A DNA stretch of 32,000 nucleotides, taken from a virus. The DNA lies in IMG/VR virus record IMGVR_UViG_3300035670_013237, positions 120,001 to 152,000 of that record, one strand, 5' to 3'. Positions 1 to 7,109 of this stretch are shown piece by piece. The translations under genes and the position numbers were made by a program. How positions within the stretch are numbered: position 1 is the first letter of the stretch; every line of letters starts with the position of its first letter. The notes under the pieces were generated by a model, which saw nothing but the letters and a program-made list of their open reading frames with translations, did no database searches and was not told where the DNA came from.

Positions 1-450
1 CTTCGATATATCAAGGGACTCCGCGTGGTGGTGGAGTGGTGCACCGCACGCTCACTGACCGTGGTCTTCAAGAACCAGCATGGAGGGATCTTCTTCCCCG
101 CACAGGACAAGATCACAATCAGCGAGCGGGCGGTGCCCAAGCTTCAGCTCCACTATCTCCTCCATGAGTGTGGTCATGCACTCATTGGCCCGAAACAGCC
201 CGGCGGCCGCTTCAGCATGGGCTACGGGGTGAAGAACGATCGGGCCCTCCGCTCCCCCCAGCACAAGCTAGACGTCATCGAGGAAGAGTTCGAGGCATGG
301 CACCGGGGCTGGAAGCTGGGCCGGAAGCTGGGGGTCTTCATCCGGTCGGATCGTGCATGCTACGACGACACGCGGGTAAAGATGTTGAGGACTTACATTG
401 ATTGGGCTTCCAAGTCCTGGGGATCCTCGACCACAATTGACCCTGAGTGA
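1..450 (+). CDS. ImmA/IrrE-like HExxH metallopeptidase, 5' end outside window
   Basis: Frame 1 is open from base 1, so the listed ORF 25..450 is an internal start. Motif LHYLLHECGHALI (HExxH) is followed by EEEFEAW, the HExxH...E..A pattern of COG2856/DUF955 peptidases. Stop TGA 448-450. Confidence 0.6.
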   Translation, partial: LRYIKGLRVVVEWCTARSLTVVFKNQHGGIFFPAQDKITISERAVPKLQLHYLLHECGHALIGPKQPGGRFSMGYGVKNDRALRSPQHKLDVIEEEFEAWHRGWKLGRKLGVFIRSDRACYDDTRVKMLRTYIDWASKSWGSSTTIDPE

Positions 451-551
451 GGCTCAGATAAAAGAGACAAAATGAGATAGGTTTGCTCCCATGGAATTTA
501 CGAGAGCCCATCTCAGCCCACCCTGCCAACCGAAAAAAAAGTTTGTGGAGG

Positions 552-582
552 TGTGCAAACTTCCACAGGCACATTGTAGAGT
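552..582 (+). promoter_or_regulatory. promoter cassette, leaderless class (589..990)
   Basis: A-run 533-540, TGTGCAAACT, 15-nt spacer, TAGAGT, then 6 nt to the ATG. Confidence 0.55.
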
Positions 583-588
583 TGGACC

Positions 589-990
589 ATGAAAGGACGT
601 AAGGTGACATGGAAGGCAGGCGAGGACCCGGCGGTTGCCGGACGCCCTGCACCTCCCCCACGGTACAGGGGAGCGCAGAGCACCTCTCACCTGGAGAAGA
701 TCGCTGACCAGTTGTACCCAGGAGCGCTCCTTGCCTGCGAACGAGAACTATACGTGGACACGTACCACACGAATCTTCCCCATCCGCTCCTTGTCACGAG
801 CGATCCAGCCTGGGCACAGGCGGCGCCCACTGTCGCTCATCGGGGTGACCTTGTCATCTATGCCGGCACTGTACGTTACGAGGAGGAGACTTCAAAGAGT
901 TCTCTGCGTGTCGTACGTCACACGGTCATCTGCCGGGGACAACGATACATCCTCAGCACTCTCGACGGAGTGAAGCCTGTCGACGATTAA
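589..990 (+). CDS. hypothetical protein (133 aa)
   Basis: Listed ORF. The ATG lies 6 nt after the -10-like TAGAGT of promoter 552..582, so it is the leaderless class. GC-rich third codon positions. Confidence 0.6.
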   Translation: MKGRKVTWKAGEDPAVAGRPAPPPRYRGAQSTSHLEKIADQLYPGALLACERELYVDTYHTNLPHPLLVTSDPAWAQAAPTVAHRGDLVIYAGTVRYEEETSKSSLRVVRHTVICRGQRYILSTLDGVKPVDD

Positions 991-1001
991 ATTCGTGAAT
1001 G

Positions 1002-1032
1002 TGTGCAAATAGCCCGCCAATCTTGGTACAAC
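1002..1032 (+). promoter_or_regulatory. promoter cassette (1074..1274 operon)
   Basis: TGTGCAAATA, 15 nt, TGG-TACAAC. Leader hairpin 1042-1061, SD AGGAG. Confidence 0.6.
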
Positions 1033-1073
1033 AGAACTGTGGGGTGGGAGAGTGCCCGCCCAGGAGATGAGCG

Positions 1074-1274
1074 ATGCAAGAGTTTACCATCATGCGAGCC
1101 CGCCGAACCACAGGTGGCGAGTACGTCATCCTGTGCCACCTGCCTGAGAACAAGGTGACGCCCTGGGTGACGTGGCGTGCGGCGACAGTCGACGGCCAGG
1201 GCGCGTACCGGGGCAACTATTTCTACGCGAACGAAGAGACCTTCGCATACGAGGACTTCAACACTCGCACCTGA
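1074..1274 (+). CDS. hypothetical protein (66 aa)
   Basis: Listed ORF preceded by promoter cassette 1002..1032, leader hairpin 1042-1061 and SD AGGAG 1062-1066. Confidence 0.65.
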   Translation: MQEFTIMRARRTTGGEYVILCHLPENKVTPWVTWRAATVDGQGAYRGNYFYANEETFAYEDFNTRT

Positions 1275-1284
1275 GGGAGACCAC

Positions 1285-1563
1285 ATGAGAGAGCACTTCA
1301 TCCCATCCGCCAAAGATCCAACCAGGCGGATTCACGTGATCGAATACGGAGGCAGGTGGTGGGCTCGAGTGGGTGGCTCACCACAGGTGTCCATGTTCTG
1401 GCGCACTCCCAGGGGAGACTGGGGCTTTAGCGCCCCTGTGGACCCTCCCCCGGGCCTTGCAGCATGGTCCACTGACGACACGGTGGAGTGGATCGCAGAC
1501 CTCCGGACGGTCATCAGCTTCTTCGAAGAACAACAACGATACTTCAAGGCGACGGAACTATGA
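1285..1563 (+). CDS. hypothetical protein (92 aa)
   Basis: Internal ATG of listed ORF 1177..1563 with SD GGGAGA 6 nt upstream. It starts 8 nt after the stop of the previous gene. The earlier part of the ORF overlaps 1074..1274. Confidence 0.65.
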   Translation: MREHFIPSAKDPTRRIHVIEYGGRWWARVGGSPQVSMFWRTPRGDWGFSAPVDPPPGLAAWSTDDTVEWIADLRTVISFFEEQQRYFKATEL

Positions 1564-1784
1564 ACACTCTCATTATCGCTGGTGTCATCCTGCTGGGCGT
1601 CGGGCTCGCGGCATTCGTCACATGGGGCGTGCTCCAGGCCGTGCTCGACCTCATAGTCTTGAGGCGCATGAGAGAGGGAGACACCGAGGGCGTAAAGCGT
1701 GCCCTCGATCACAGCTCCGTACGGATCTCTCAGCGTGTTAGAATCACAGCAGAGGTCTGGCTCAAGGACCGGGAGGGACCATGA
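1560..1784 (+). CDS. small membrane protein (74 aa, one N-terminal TM helix)
   Basis: ATG at 1560 inside listed ORF 1488..1784. ATGA overlap with the upstream stop. Hydrophobic MNTLIIAGVILLGVGLAAFVTWGVL. Confidence 0.65.
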   Translation: MNTLIIAGVILLGVGLAAFVTWGVLQAVLDLIVLRRMREGDTEGVKRALDHSSVRISQRVRITAEVWLKDREGP

Positions 1785-2146
1785 CTACGTACTATGAGAA
1801 GCGGGGACGTCGATACTATCCAGTCGCAGAACACATGACACGTGACGCTCTTCCGGAAGGTCACTATCTGGTCACAGTCAAGCCCGGCATCACTTCGTGG
1901 ACGAGGGACGTCACTCCTGACACGGCTGCATTGAAGGCGGCACAGAAGATGGTGATCGATGAACTGGCAAAGTGGATCTATGAGGCAGGCCAGGCACGAC
2001 CCTCAACGACTCCACTTACTCCTGAACAGAAGGTGGCATGGGAGGTGTGCCGTGCCGCCCACGGCGGAGGACCCTTCTACCTGGAGTTCCCCGCCGCGCA
2101 GGACATCGCCAAGAAATTCCTGGATCGATTGGACGGGCTCCCATGA
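1781..2146 (+). CDS. hypothetical protein (121 aa)
   Basis: Listed ORF. ATGA start/stop overlap with 1560..1784, suggesting translational coupling. Confidence 0.7.
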   Translation: MTTYYEKRGRRYYPVAEHMTRDALPEGHYLVTVKPGITSWTRDVTPDTAALKAAQKMVIDELAKWIYEAGQARPSTTPLTPEQKVAWEVCRAAHGGGPFYLEFPAAQDIAKKFLDRLDGLP

Positions 2147-2283
2147 GCCTCATCATTGTCATGGTGCTCCTGGCTGCGTGCCTCGTGGGGCTTGCACCAC
2201 CCCAGTTCAGACGGCACTTGACATACATTTACGCGACCCTCATCTTCTTCATGGCACTCTTGAACATTTGTGTTAAACCCTAG
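2143..2283 (+). CDS. small membrane protein (46 aa)
   Basis: ATG 2143 inside listed ORF 2038..2283. ATGA overlap with the upstream stop. Two hydrophobic stretches (MSLIIVMVLLAACLVGLA, LIFFMALLNI). Confidence 0.55.
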   Translation: MSLIIVMVLLAACLVGLAPPQFRRHLTYIYATLIFFMALLNICVKP

Positions 2284-2300
2284 CTTTAATTTGCGCTGAT

Positions 2301-2331
2301 GGTGCAAACCTCGATTGGTCCATGTTACAAA
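2301..2331 (+). promoter_or_regulatory. promoter cassette (2370..3716)
   Basis: GGTGCAAACC, 15 nt, TACAAA. Leader hairpin GGTGG-N9-CCACC 2342-2360, SD GGAGG. Confidence 0.6.
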
Positions 2332-2369
2332 GGGATCATGAGGTGGCAACGGACACCACCGGAGGAAAT

Positions 2370-3716
2370 ATGTGGGCATCAACTGAGACTGACTTCAACC
2401 TCGAGCGGCATCTCATCACGTTCCTGCAGGAGTCACCCTTCTACGCGGAAATCTCCCGGCACGTCCGGAAGACCCCCACGACCCGTCTCCCGACTGCGGC
2501 CATCGCCTGGAATAAGGAGTCGGACGAGCTGACCCTGTACTGGAACCCGGGGTTCTTCGCGGAGCTCTCGAACTGGGAGATTCGCGGCGTCCTCCTCCAC
2601 GAGTTTAACCACCTCGTCTTCGGCCACCTGGCTGCCCGCCACCGCGAGCCCCCGAAGCTCTGGAACATCGCCACGGACTTGGCGATCAACTCCCTCATCA
2701 TCGCCTCAGCAGGCAACCGCCGCGAGGGCGATAAACCTGATGCACGCCCCCTGCCCAAGGGCGCTCTCATCCCAGGTCAAGCCAGCGCCATCGACCCTGA
2801 GACCCTGAAGAAGATGCCCCCTGAGGTACGGGAAGCGCATGAAAAGATGTCGGCCCTCATCGCATCCTTCCCACCGCTCCAGACTTCAGAGTGGTATTTC
2901 TTCAAGCTCCTGGAAGAGCTGGGCAACGACCCTGGTTCATGCTTCGGCCCTGGAGGAGACCAAGACCAAGATGGTGACACCATCCCAGGCTCTCCCACCC
3001 TGGACGACCACAGTGGCTGGGGCGGTGTGCCCGATGACATGCGCGAGTACCTTGAGGGGAAGGTCAAGGGTATCCTGGAGAAGGCGGTCAACCACGCTGA
3101 CAGCAGCCCGAATGGCTGGGGTTCCATGCCTGCGGACGTCCAGCGCGAGATTCGCAAGTCCGTGTCCCAGGTGATCGACTGGCGCAGCGTCCTCCGCCAG
3201 TTCGTGGGCTCGCTCACTCGAGCGGAGCGCTCGACCTCGATCAAGCGCATCAATAAGAGGTATCCTTACATCCATCCAGGCACGAAACGAGGGTACACTG
3301 CGCGCCTCTGCGTCGCGATCGACCAGTCAGGTTCGGTAGACGACGGCCAGCTCCAGAGCTTCTTCTCTGAGCTTGCGAGCCTCACGCGCCGGGTGTCGGT
3401 GGATATCCTCCCATTCGACTGCGCGGCACAGGAGTCCGACATCTTTGAGTGGAAGAAAGGCACAAATCCGAAGCTCAAGCGGGTCCGGGGTGGAGGCACG
3501 GACTTCAACGCCCCCACCCGGCTCATCAACAACCCGAAGCACAGGGGACGCTGGGATGGGTTCCTCATCATGACCGATGGGGAGTGCTCGGCGCCTGAAT
3601 CGTCCCGGGTAAAGCGTGGCTGGGTCCTGAGCCGGGGCTGCAAGCTCCACTTCAGCTCCTCCGAGCTCCAAGTGTTCCTGGATGACGCGAGGAAAATGAC
3701 GGGAGCTTGGCGCTGA
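2370..3716 (+). CDS. DUF2201-type putative metallopeptidase with C-terminal VWA-like domain
   Basis: The start is taken at ATG 2370, with SD GGAGG 2361-2365 after leader hairpin 2342-2360. The listed ORF begins at 2322. Motifs LLHEFNHLVFGH plus WNIATDLAINS form an HExxH core. The C-terminal LCVAIDQSGSV...MTDGE is a VWA/MIDAS-like DxSGS. Confidence 0.8.
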   Translation: MWASTETDFNLERHLITFLQESPFYAEISRHVRKTPTTRLPTAAIAWNKESDELTLYWNPGFFAELSNWEIRGVLLHEFNHLVFGHLAARHREPPKLWNIATDLAINSLIIASAGNRREGDKPDARPLPKGALIPGQASAIDPETLKKMPPEVREAHEKMSALIASFPPLQTSEWYFFKLLEELGNDPGSCFGPGGDQDQDGDTIPGSPTLDDHSGWGGVPDDMREYLEGKVKGILEKAVNHADSSPNGWGSMPADVQREIRKSVSQVIDWRSVLRQFVGSLTRAERSTSIKRINKRYPYIHPGTKRGYTARLCVAIDQSGSVDDGQLQSFFSELASLTRRVSVDILPFDCAAQESDIFEWKKGTNPKLKRVRGGGTDFNAPTRLINNPKHRGRWDGFLIMTDGECSAPESSRVKRGWVLSRGCKLHFSSSELQVFLDDARKMTGAWR

Positions 3717-3717
3717 C

Positions 3718-3748
3718 GGTGCAAATCGCCGACGAAACATGGTATCCT
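3718..3748 (+). promoter_or_regulatory. promoter cassette (3777..4004)
   Basis: GGTGCAAATC, 15 nt, TGG-TATCCT. The decamer starts 2 nt after the upstream stop. Confidence 0.5.
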
Positions 3749-3776
3749 TGACCCAGGAATAGAGAGAGGAGGCTAT

Positions 3777-4004
3777 ATGCCAGTCGTCATCGGTATCGTA
3801 ATCTTCCTTGCTGTCTGTTGGATGTTCCCCCGGCTCATACTCTTCTGCTTCGTGACCCCCATCGCAGCCTTCGTCCTAGGCGGGTTCTTGTGGGCGCTCG
3901 GGGCGCTGTATGATAAGTCCCTCAACAACTTGGACACTTTCTGCATCTTCGTGGGCGTGGCCTGGATCGCCTCAGCCTTCTATTTCATGAAAGACACAGC
4001 GTAA
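3777..4004 (+). CDS. membrane protein (75 aa, probably 3 TM)
   Basis: Listed ORF. SD GAGGAGG 5 nt upstream. Promoter 3718..3748. Strongly hydrophobic sequence. Confidence 0.7.
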   Translation: MPVVIGIVIFLAVCWMFPRLILFCFVTPIAAFVLGGFLWALGALYDKSLNNLDTFCIFVGVAWIASAFYFMKDTA

Positions 4005-4006
4005 AA

Positions 4007-4037
4007 GGTGCAAATCAACATCGAACTGTGTTACAAC
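4007..4037 (+). promoter_or_regulatory. promoter cassette (4081..4398)
   Basis: GGTGCAAATC, 15 nt, TGT-TACAAC. Leader hairpin GGCGGGGA-CGGC-TCCCCGCC 4048-4067, SD GAGGAG. Confidence 0.65.
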
Positions 4038-4080
4038 AGATTCATGAGGCGGGGACGGCTCCCCGCCGAGGAGAACGAAG

Positions 4081-4398
4081 ATGCACATCACCGAAACACA
4101 TCACGGCGACATCATCATCCGCTCTTATGTCCTCCCCCGGGAGAGGATCGAGCTTCACTCCTATAGGAAAGGAGAGCTCATCAGCGTGCGATCTTTCTCG
4201 GTGGGCGACGCGGCGGAGTACGACTCGTTCAACCTCTCTTACTGGGGGAAGATTAAGTCCATCACGGAGAAATCCATAACGATCGCCGAGAGCTGGGGCA
4301 GCAGGTCCCGCCGGCTCAAGCTGGATACCTTCGCATGGAGGAACTGGGACTGGACCCTCGAGGGTGCCCAGGAACGGAGCAGAAATTTCATGGATTGA
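4081..4398 (+). CDS. hypothetical protein, paralogue family A (with 7187..7525 and 4475..4690)
   Basis: Listed ORF with a full cassette upstream: promoter 4007..4037, hairpin 4048-4067, SD GAGGAG. Shares GDxAEYDSxNxxYxG.I.SIT.KS..I...S....L..DTF.WRNW with 7187..7525. Confidence 0.75.
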   Translation: MHITETHHGDIIIRSYVLPRERIELHSYRKGELISVRSFSVGDAAEYDSFNLSYWGKIKSITEKSITIAESWGSRSRRLKLDTFAWRNWDWTLEGAQERSRNFMD

Positions 4399-4429
4399 GG
4401 TGCAAACCTTCACCGGACCGTGATACAAC
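4399..4429 (+). promoter_or_regulatory. promoter cassette (4475..4690)
   Basis: GGTGCAAACC, 15 nt, TGA-TACAAC. Hairpin GGTGGGG-N8-CCCCACC 4440-4461, SD AAGGAG. Confidence 0.65.
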
Positions 4430-4474
4430 AGATTCAAGAGGTGGGGAGGGGAATCCCCACCAAGGAGAATGTCG

Positions 4475-4690
4475 ATGGGAACTATCATTGCTGGTGGTAA
4501 GGACTTCAAGGCCGGTGATCGAGCAGTGTGTGATACCCTCTGGGTGTCCTCAGACGGACCTCTTCCTGGTTACCTGGCCACCTACGAAGGAACCATCAAG
4601 TCCATCACCCAGAAGAATGTGGTGATGGTGGACGACACCGGGTGTGTCAGGCGCCTGAAGCACGAGGAATTCGTCAAGAAGAATTCCTAA
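4475..4690 (+). CDS. hypothetical protein, short relative of family A
   Basis: The listed ORF starts at 4469, but SD AAGGAG (4462-4467) is only 1 nt from that ATG and 7 nt from the ATG at 4475. GTIKSITQKNVVM...RRLKHEEF aligns with the C-terminal half of 4081..4398. Confidence 0.65.
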   Translation: MGTIIAGGKDFKAGDRAVCDTLWVSSDGPLPGYLATYEGTIKSITQKNVVMVDDTGCVRRLKHEEFVKKNS

Positions 4691-4692
4691 AG

Positions 4693-4723
4693 GGTGCAAA
4701 TCAACATCGAGCTGTGATACAAA
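4693..4723 (+). promoter_or_regulatory. promoter cassette (4767..5417)
   Basis: GGTGCAAATC, 15 nt, TGA-TACAAA. Hairpin 4734-4753 is identical to 4048-4067. Confidence 0.65.
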
Positions 4724-4766
4724 TAATTCATGAGGCGGGGACGGCTCCCCGCCGAGGAGAACGAAG

Positions 4767-5417
4767 ATGCCGATCATCGTCAAGAGCAATGGGGAAGAGA
4801 CCACCACCTACACCGGCCGCGTTGTTGAGGTCACCGAGACCCGGGAACAGCGCAACCTGAGCGACACGCTGGACTACAGCGACTGGCAGACCGTCCGGGT
4901 CGTCCATGCCCTCGTCTGGCTCGGCCCCGAAGGCAAGCCGGAGGACCAGTTCACGTGGATTGATTGTTCCAACCTCTTCGCTTGGCGTGGTGAGCCCGTC
5001 AAGACCGCGGTGGTCGACGGCGCTCCCAACAACTTCATGTCGGCCCTCAACCCCGAGGCGCCGCTGATGTGGACCAACCTCACCATCTACAAACAATTCA
5101 AGATTGACGAAGCTCGCGAGGCCGAGGAAGCCCGGGCTCGTCTCTTCGCCCAGGTTGAGGCGGAGCGTCAGGCCTTCGCCGACAAAAAGTCGGCCGCGGC
5201 TCTGAAGCGCCAAGCCACGGACGAGGCCAAGTGCGCCGCCGCGGAAGCCCTGCTCGAGGGTGTGGCCAAGGGTAAGACCTACACCACCAAGGAGGGCTTC
5301 ACTGGAAACCTCTTCTGGAAGGGCGCCAAGAAATATCGCGGCACCTGGTCCGCCCGGGTGGGGCTCAAGGACCCCAACGGCCAGGTGGTCTGGACTAGTG
5401 TGGACCAACTAGTCTAA
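4767..5417 (+). CDS. hypothetical protein (216 aa) with central Ala/Glu-rich helical segment
   Basis: Listed ORF. The upstream cassette is almost identical to that of 4081: promoter 4693..4723, hairpin 4734-4753, SD GAGGAG. Confidence 0.75.
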   Translation: MPIIVKSNGEETTTYTGRVVEVTETREQRNLSDTLDYSDWQTVRVVHALVWLGPEGKPEDQFTWIDCSNLFAWRGEPVKTAVVDGAPNNFMSALNPEAPLMWTNLTIYKQFKIDEAREAEEARARLFAQVEAERQAFADKKSAAALKRQATDEAKCAAAEALLEGVAKGKTYTTKEGFTGNLFWKGAKKYRGTWSARVGLKDPNGQVVWTSVDQLV

Positions 5418-5486
5418 TGGAGGAACTAGTCTCCGGACTAGTCAAATGGACTAGTAAGGCGCCCAACTAGTGGTTGGGCAACTAGT
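5394..5486. promoter_or_regulatory. cluster of seven ACTAGT (RRACTAGTM) sites
   Basis: ACTAGT at 5394, 5408, 5425, 5437, 5450, 5466 and 5481, with spacings of 12-17 nt. It spans the last codons of 4767..5417 and the region upstream of wHTH gene 5582..5905. Sites 5425/5437 form the inverted repeat ACTAGTC-TCCG-GACTAGT. Confidence 0.6.
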
Positions 5487-5514
5487 CCACATGCACCGTG
5501 GAATCTGGTACGAT
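5484..5514 (+). promoter_or_regulatory. degenerate promoter variant overlapped by an ACTAGT site (5582..6093 unit)
   Basis: AGTCCACATG (5 of 7 core matches), 15 nt, TGG-TACGAT. ACTAGT at 5481-5486 overlaps the decamer. Confidence 0.35.
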
Positions 5515-5581
5515 GACACGGTTTGTACGAATGGACTACCTCATGGTAGAATAACCACAACAAGCAAGGAGCAAAGAGAAC

Positions 5582-5905
5582 ATGCGAAAGACTTCTACTA
5601 CCACTGCAACCGCCACTTCCACGAATCGCAACCGCACACCCCGCATTGGTATCACCGTCGCTGAGGTACTTGAAGACCTCATCAGCAATGGCCCCGCCAC
5701 CGAGAGCCAGCTCCTCGGGCCCTATCGCAACGACTCTCGTGATCGTTGGGGCAACTCCCTCTTCCTGGTGGGCGAGGGCCTGGGCTCGGAGGCTTCGCTC
5801 GTGAAGCGAGGGCTCGTGAAGGTGGTCGGGTCGCTCTATCGGGCCCGTGTGTATGACATCACGCCGAAGGGCCGCGCGGCGCTCCGCCGGTACGGGACGA
5901 TGTGA
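5582..5905 (+). CDS. winged-helix DNA-binding protein (107 aa)
   Basis: Listed ORF with SD AAGGAG upstream. ITVAEVLEDLISNGPATESQL...LVKRGLVKVV...YDITPKGRAAL has the helix-turn-helix plus wing pattern of MarR/PadR-like wHTH proteins. It lies immediately downstream of the 7x ACTAGT cluster. Confidence 0.7.
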   Translation: MRKTSTTTATATSTNRNRTPRIGITVAEVLEDLISNGPATESQLLGPYRNDSRDRWGNSLFLVGEGLGSEASLVKRGLVKVVGSLYRARVYDITPKGRAALRRYGTM

Positions 5906-6093
5906 TGAAGACTTTGACAATCCAGCTGGAAGAGGAAGACGTCGAGGTTGTCCTCGAGGCCCTTGAGCTCCTCCACGATAGGCTGCTGGAGTTCGACACA
6001 CACTGGGATAACGATGAGGAAACTCGGAGGGACCTGGAGGCAGTGCGGCGAGTGGGCGCCATCTTCGATACGCTCGGTGTAAATCAATCCTAA
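5905..6093 (+). CDS. small acidic protein (62 aa)
   Basis: The listed ORF starts at GTG 5902. ATG 5905 overlaps the upstream TGA (TGATG). Glu/Asp-rich helical sequence. Confidence 0.6.
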   Translation: MKTLTIQLEEEDVEVVLEALELLHDRLLEFDTHWDNDEETRRDLEAVRRVGAIFDTLGVNQS

Positions 6094-6106
6094 ACGGTGA
6101 TACAAA
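6076..6106 (+). promoter_or_regulatory. promoter cassette reading into ORF-less structured region
   Basis: GGTGTAAATC (inside the end of CDS 5905..6093), 15 nt, TGA-TACAAA. Hairpin GGAGGA-N8-TCCTCC 6115-6134, SD GAGGAAG, then only a 26-codon ORF. Confidence 0.55.
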
Positions 6107-6412
6107 AGAATCATGGAGGACAACAGGGTCCTCCACACCAGAGGAAGATGAGCACCCGCCTGCTGCGCTGTGGCTCACGAAGATACTCGGGCTTGAGCTC
6201 TGCAGCAAGAGAGCTTGCCACTTGTTGAGGCTCTCTTGCTGCTCAAGAGCTCTTGATGCAAGAGTGCGGTGGCAGGTGCCTCGAGGTGAGCCACACTTGG
6301 GGGGTGTCCAGCCTCACCGCTACCGCCACTGTGATTGCACTCTCCATGGCCATGGAGGTGCTGTGGACTCCTTGAGTGTAGCCTAACTTGGCAATAGATT
6401 TACACCCAGATC
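6107..6412. ncRNA. candidate structured non-coding (sense/antisense) RNA locus
   Basis: About 300 nt with no ORF over 36 codons that is compatible with the flanking signals. It is bracketed by convergent promoter cassettes (6076..6106 plus strand, 6375..6406 minus strand). It contains a 13-bp perfect stem (6202-6214/6230-6242), a 16-nt perfect palindrome CTCCATGGCCATGGAG and long-range complementary arms. Only a 26-codon ORF (6148..6228) follows the leader and SD. Confidence 0.3.
6375..6406 (-). promoter_or_regulatory. minus-strand promoter cassette convergent with 6076..6106
   Basis: The reverse complement reads AAAAAAAAGTT...GGTGTAAATC, 16 nt, TACACT. It points leftward into 6148-6370, where no convincing ORF exists. 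Confidence 0.45.
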
Positions 6413-6437
6413 AGAAAAAAACTTTTTTTTCGAAAAC

Positions 6438-6468
6438 GGTATAAAACGCGAATCGACCGTGATATAAC
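6438..6468 (+). promoter_or_regulatory. promoter cassette (6511..6759)
   Basis: GGTATAAAAC, 15 nt, TGA-TATAAC. Leader TTCATCCGGTGGGGATGGTCCCCCGCC 6472-6498. Confidence 0.55.
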
Positions 6469-6510
6469 TAATTCATCCGGTGGGGATGGTCCCCCGCCGC
6501 GGAGGTCGAA

Positions 6511-6759
6511 ATGAATCATCAATTCGTTGAACAGGATTCGGCGCGCGAAAATCTAACCAACGCCATCAAGGCGTTCGATGGGGCCCGGCTCCCCGCCGCG
6601 CTGGAGACCATCGTGGATGTCTTCGCCATCGAGGAGGAGGAGGAGCTGCTGGACGAAGTCCTCCTCGCCGCGACGTGCGCCGGATTCGATGACGGGGGCG
6701 ACGACGAACGCTGGGCCTGGAACAGCGCCATCGAATGGTGGGAGAGCAACCACGGATAA
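6511..6759 (+). CDS. small acidic protein (82 aa)
   Basis: Listed ORF. Promoter 6438..6468, leader hairpin 6479-6498, SD GGAGG. Confidence 0.7.
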   Translation: MNHQFVEQDSARENLTNAIKAFDGARLPAALETIVDVFAIEEEEELLDEVLLAATCAGFDDGGDDERWAWNSAIEWWESNHG

Positions 6760-6779
6760 TTCCGAAAAAGTGGGGGGAG

Positions 6780-6810
6780 GGTGCAAACCCTCCCGGCTCC
6801 ATGATATAAC
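6780..6810 (+). promoter_or_regulatory. promoter cassette (6857..7093)
   Basis: A-run, GGTGCAAACC in the loop of stem GGGAGGG/CCCTCCC (6775-6794), 15 nt, TGA-TATAAC. Leader TTCATCCGGTGGGGA. Confidence 0.65.
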
Positions 6811-6856
6811 CAATTCATCCGGTGGGGATGGTGCCCTAACCGGCAACGGAGCGAAA

Positions 6857-7093
6857 ATGTCAACGAACGTACTCAGCATCCGGACCATCACTGACCTTCT
6901 TACCCCGGCCGAGCGCAACGAGTTCTGGCATTACCTCGGAGGAGAGGTTACTTCTCGTGAAGCCGAAACCGGGATCGTGGGCCCCTCCAAAGTAAAAGAA
7001 ATCCTGGGGTTCTATATGGATCTCACTGCGAAGGACTCCCGCGACCGCGGCATCGTCTTTCCAAAGGGCGCCAAGTTCCAGCTTGAGCTCTAA
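6857..7093 (+). CDS. hypothetical protein, paralogue family B (with 14003..14248 on the minus strand)
   Basis: ATG 6857 inside listed ORF 6578..7093. Promoter 6780..6810 and leader lie inside the long ORF, so the N-terminal extension is rejected. Shares VLSI.TITD.LTP.E...FW.YLG.EVTS.EA.TGIVGP..VK...PKGAKFQLE with the minus-strand copy. Confidence 0.75.
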   Translation: MSTNVLSIRTITDLLTPAERNEFWHYLGGEVTSREAETGIVGPSKVKEILGFYMDLTAKDSRDRGIVFPKGAKFQLEL

Positions 7094-7109
7094 AAAAGTT
7101 GGGCACGGG

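Noticed and set aside
2299-2532. ORF 2299..2532, whose internal ATG at 2338 lies 6 nt after the hexamer of promoter 2301..2331 (leaderless geometry).
   Set aside because: Its Arg/Ser/Pro-rich product overlaps the recognisable DUF2201 gene. The hairpin plus GGAGG directly precede ATG 2370 of that gene.
4728-6208. Minus-strand ORFs 4728..5408 (226 aa) and 5438..6208 (256 aa).
   Set aside because: They are antisense to well-supported plus-strand genes that have a cassette promoter, SD and GC3 bias. Their translations are Gly/Pro/Arg/Ala-rich, and no start signals or minus-strand cassette lie upstream.
6578-6856. N-terminal extension of listed ORF 6578..7093 (171 aa). The same issue applies to 17020..17472, 11731..11832, 13540..13608, 13907..13966, 18969..19109 and 10204..10413.
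   Set aside because: Each extension runs through the gene's own promoter and leader, a tRNA or the neighbouring CDS. Internal starts have proper SD spacing and match the N-termini of paralogues.
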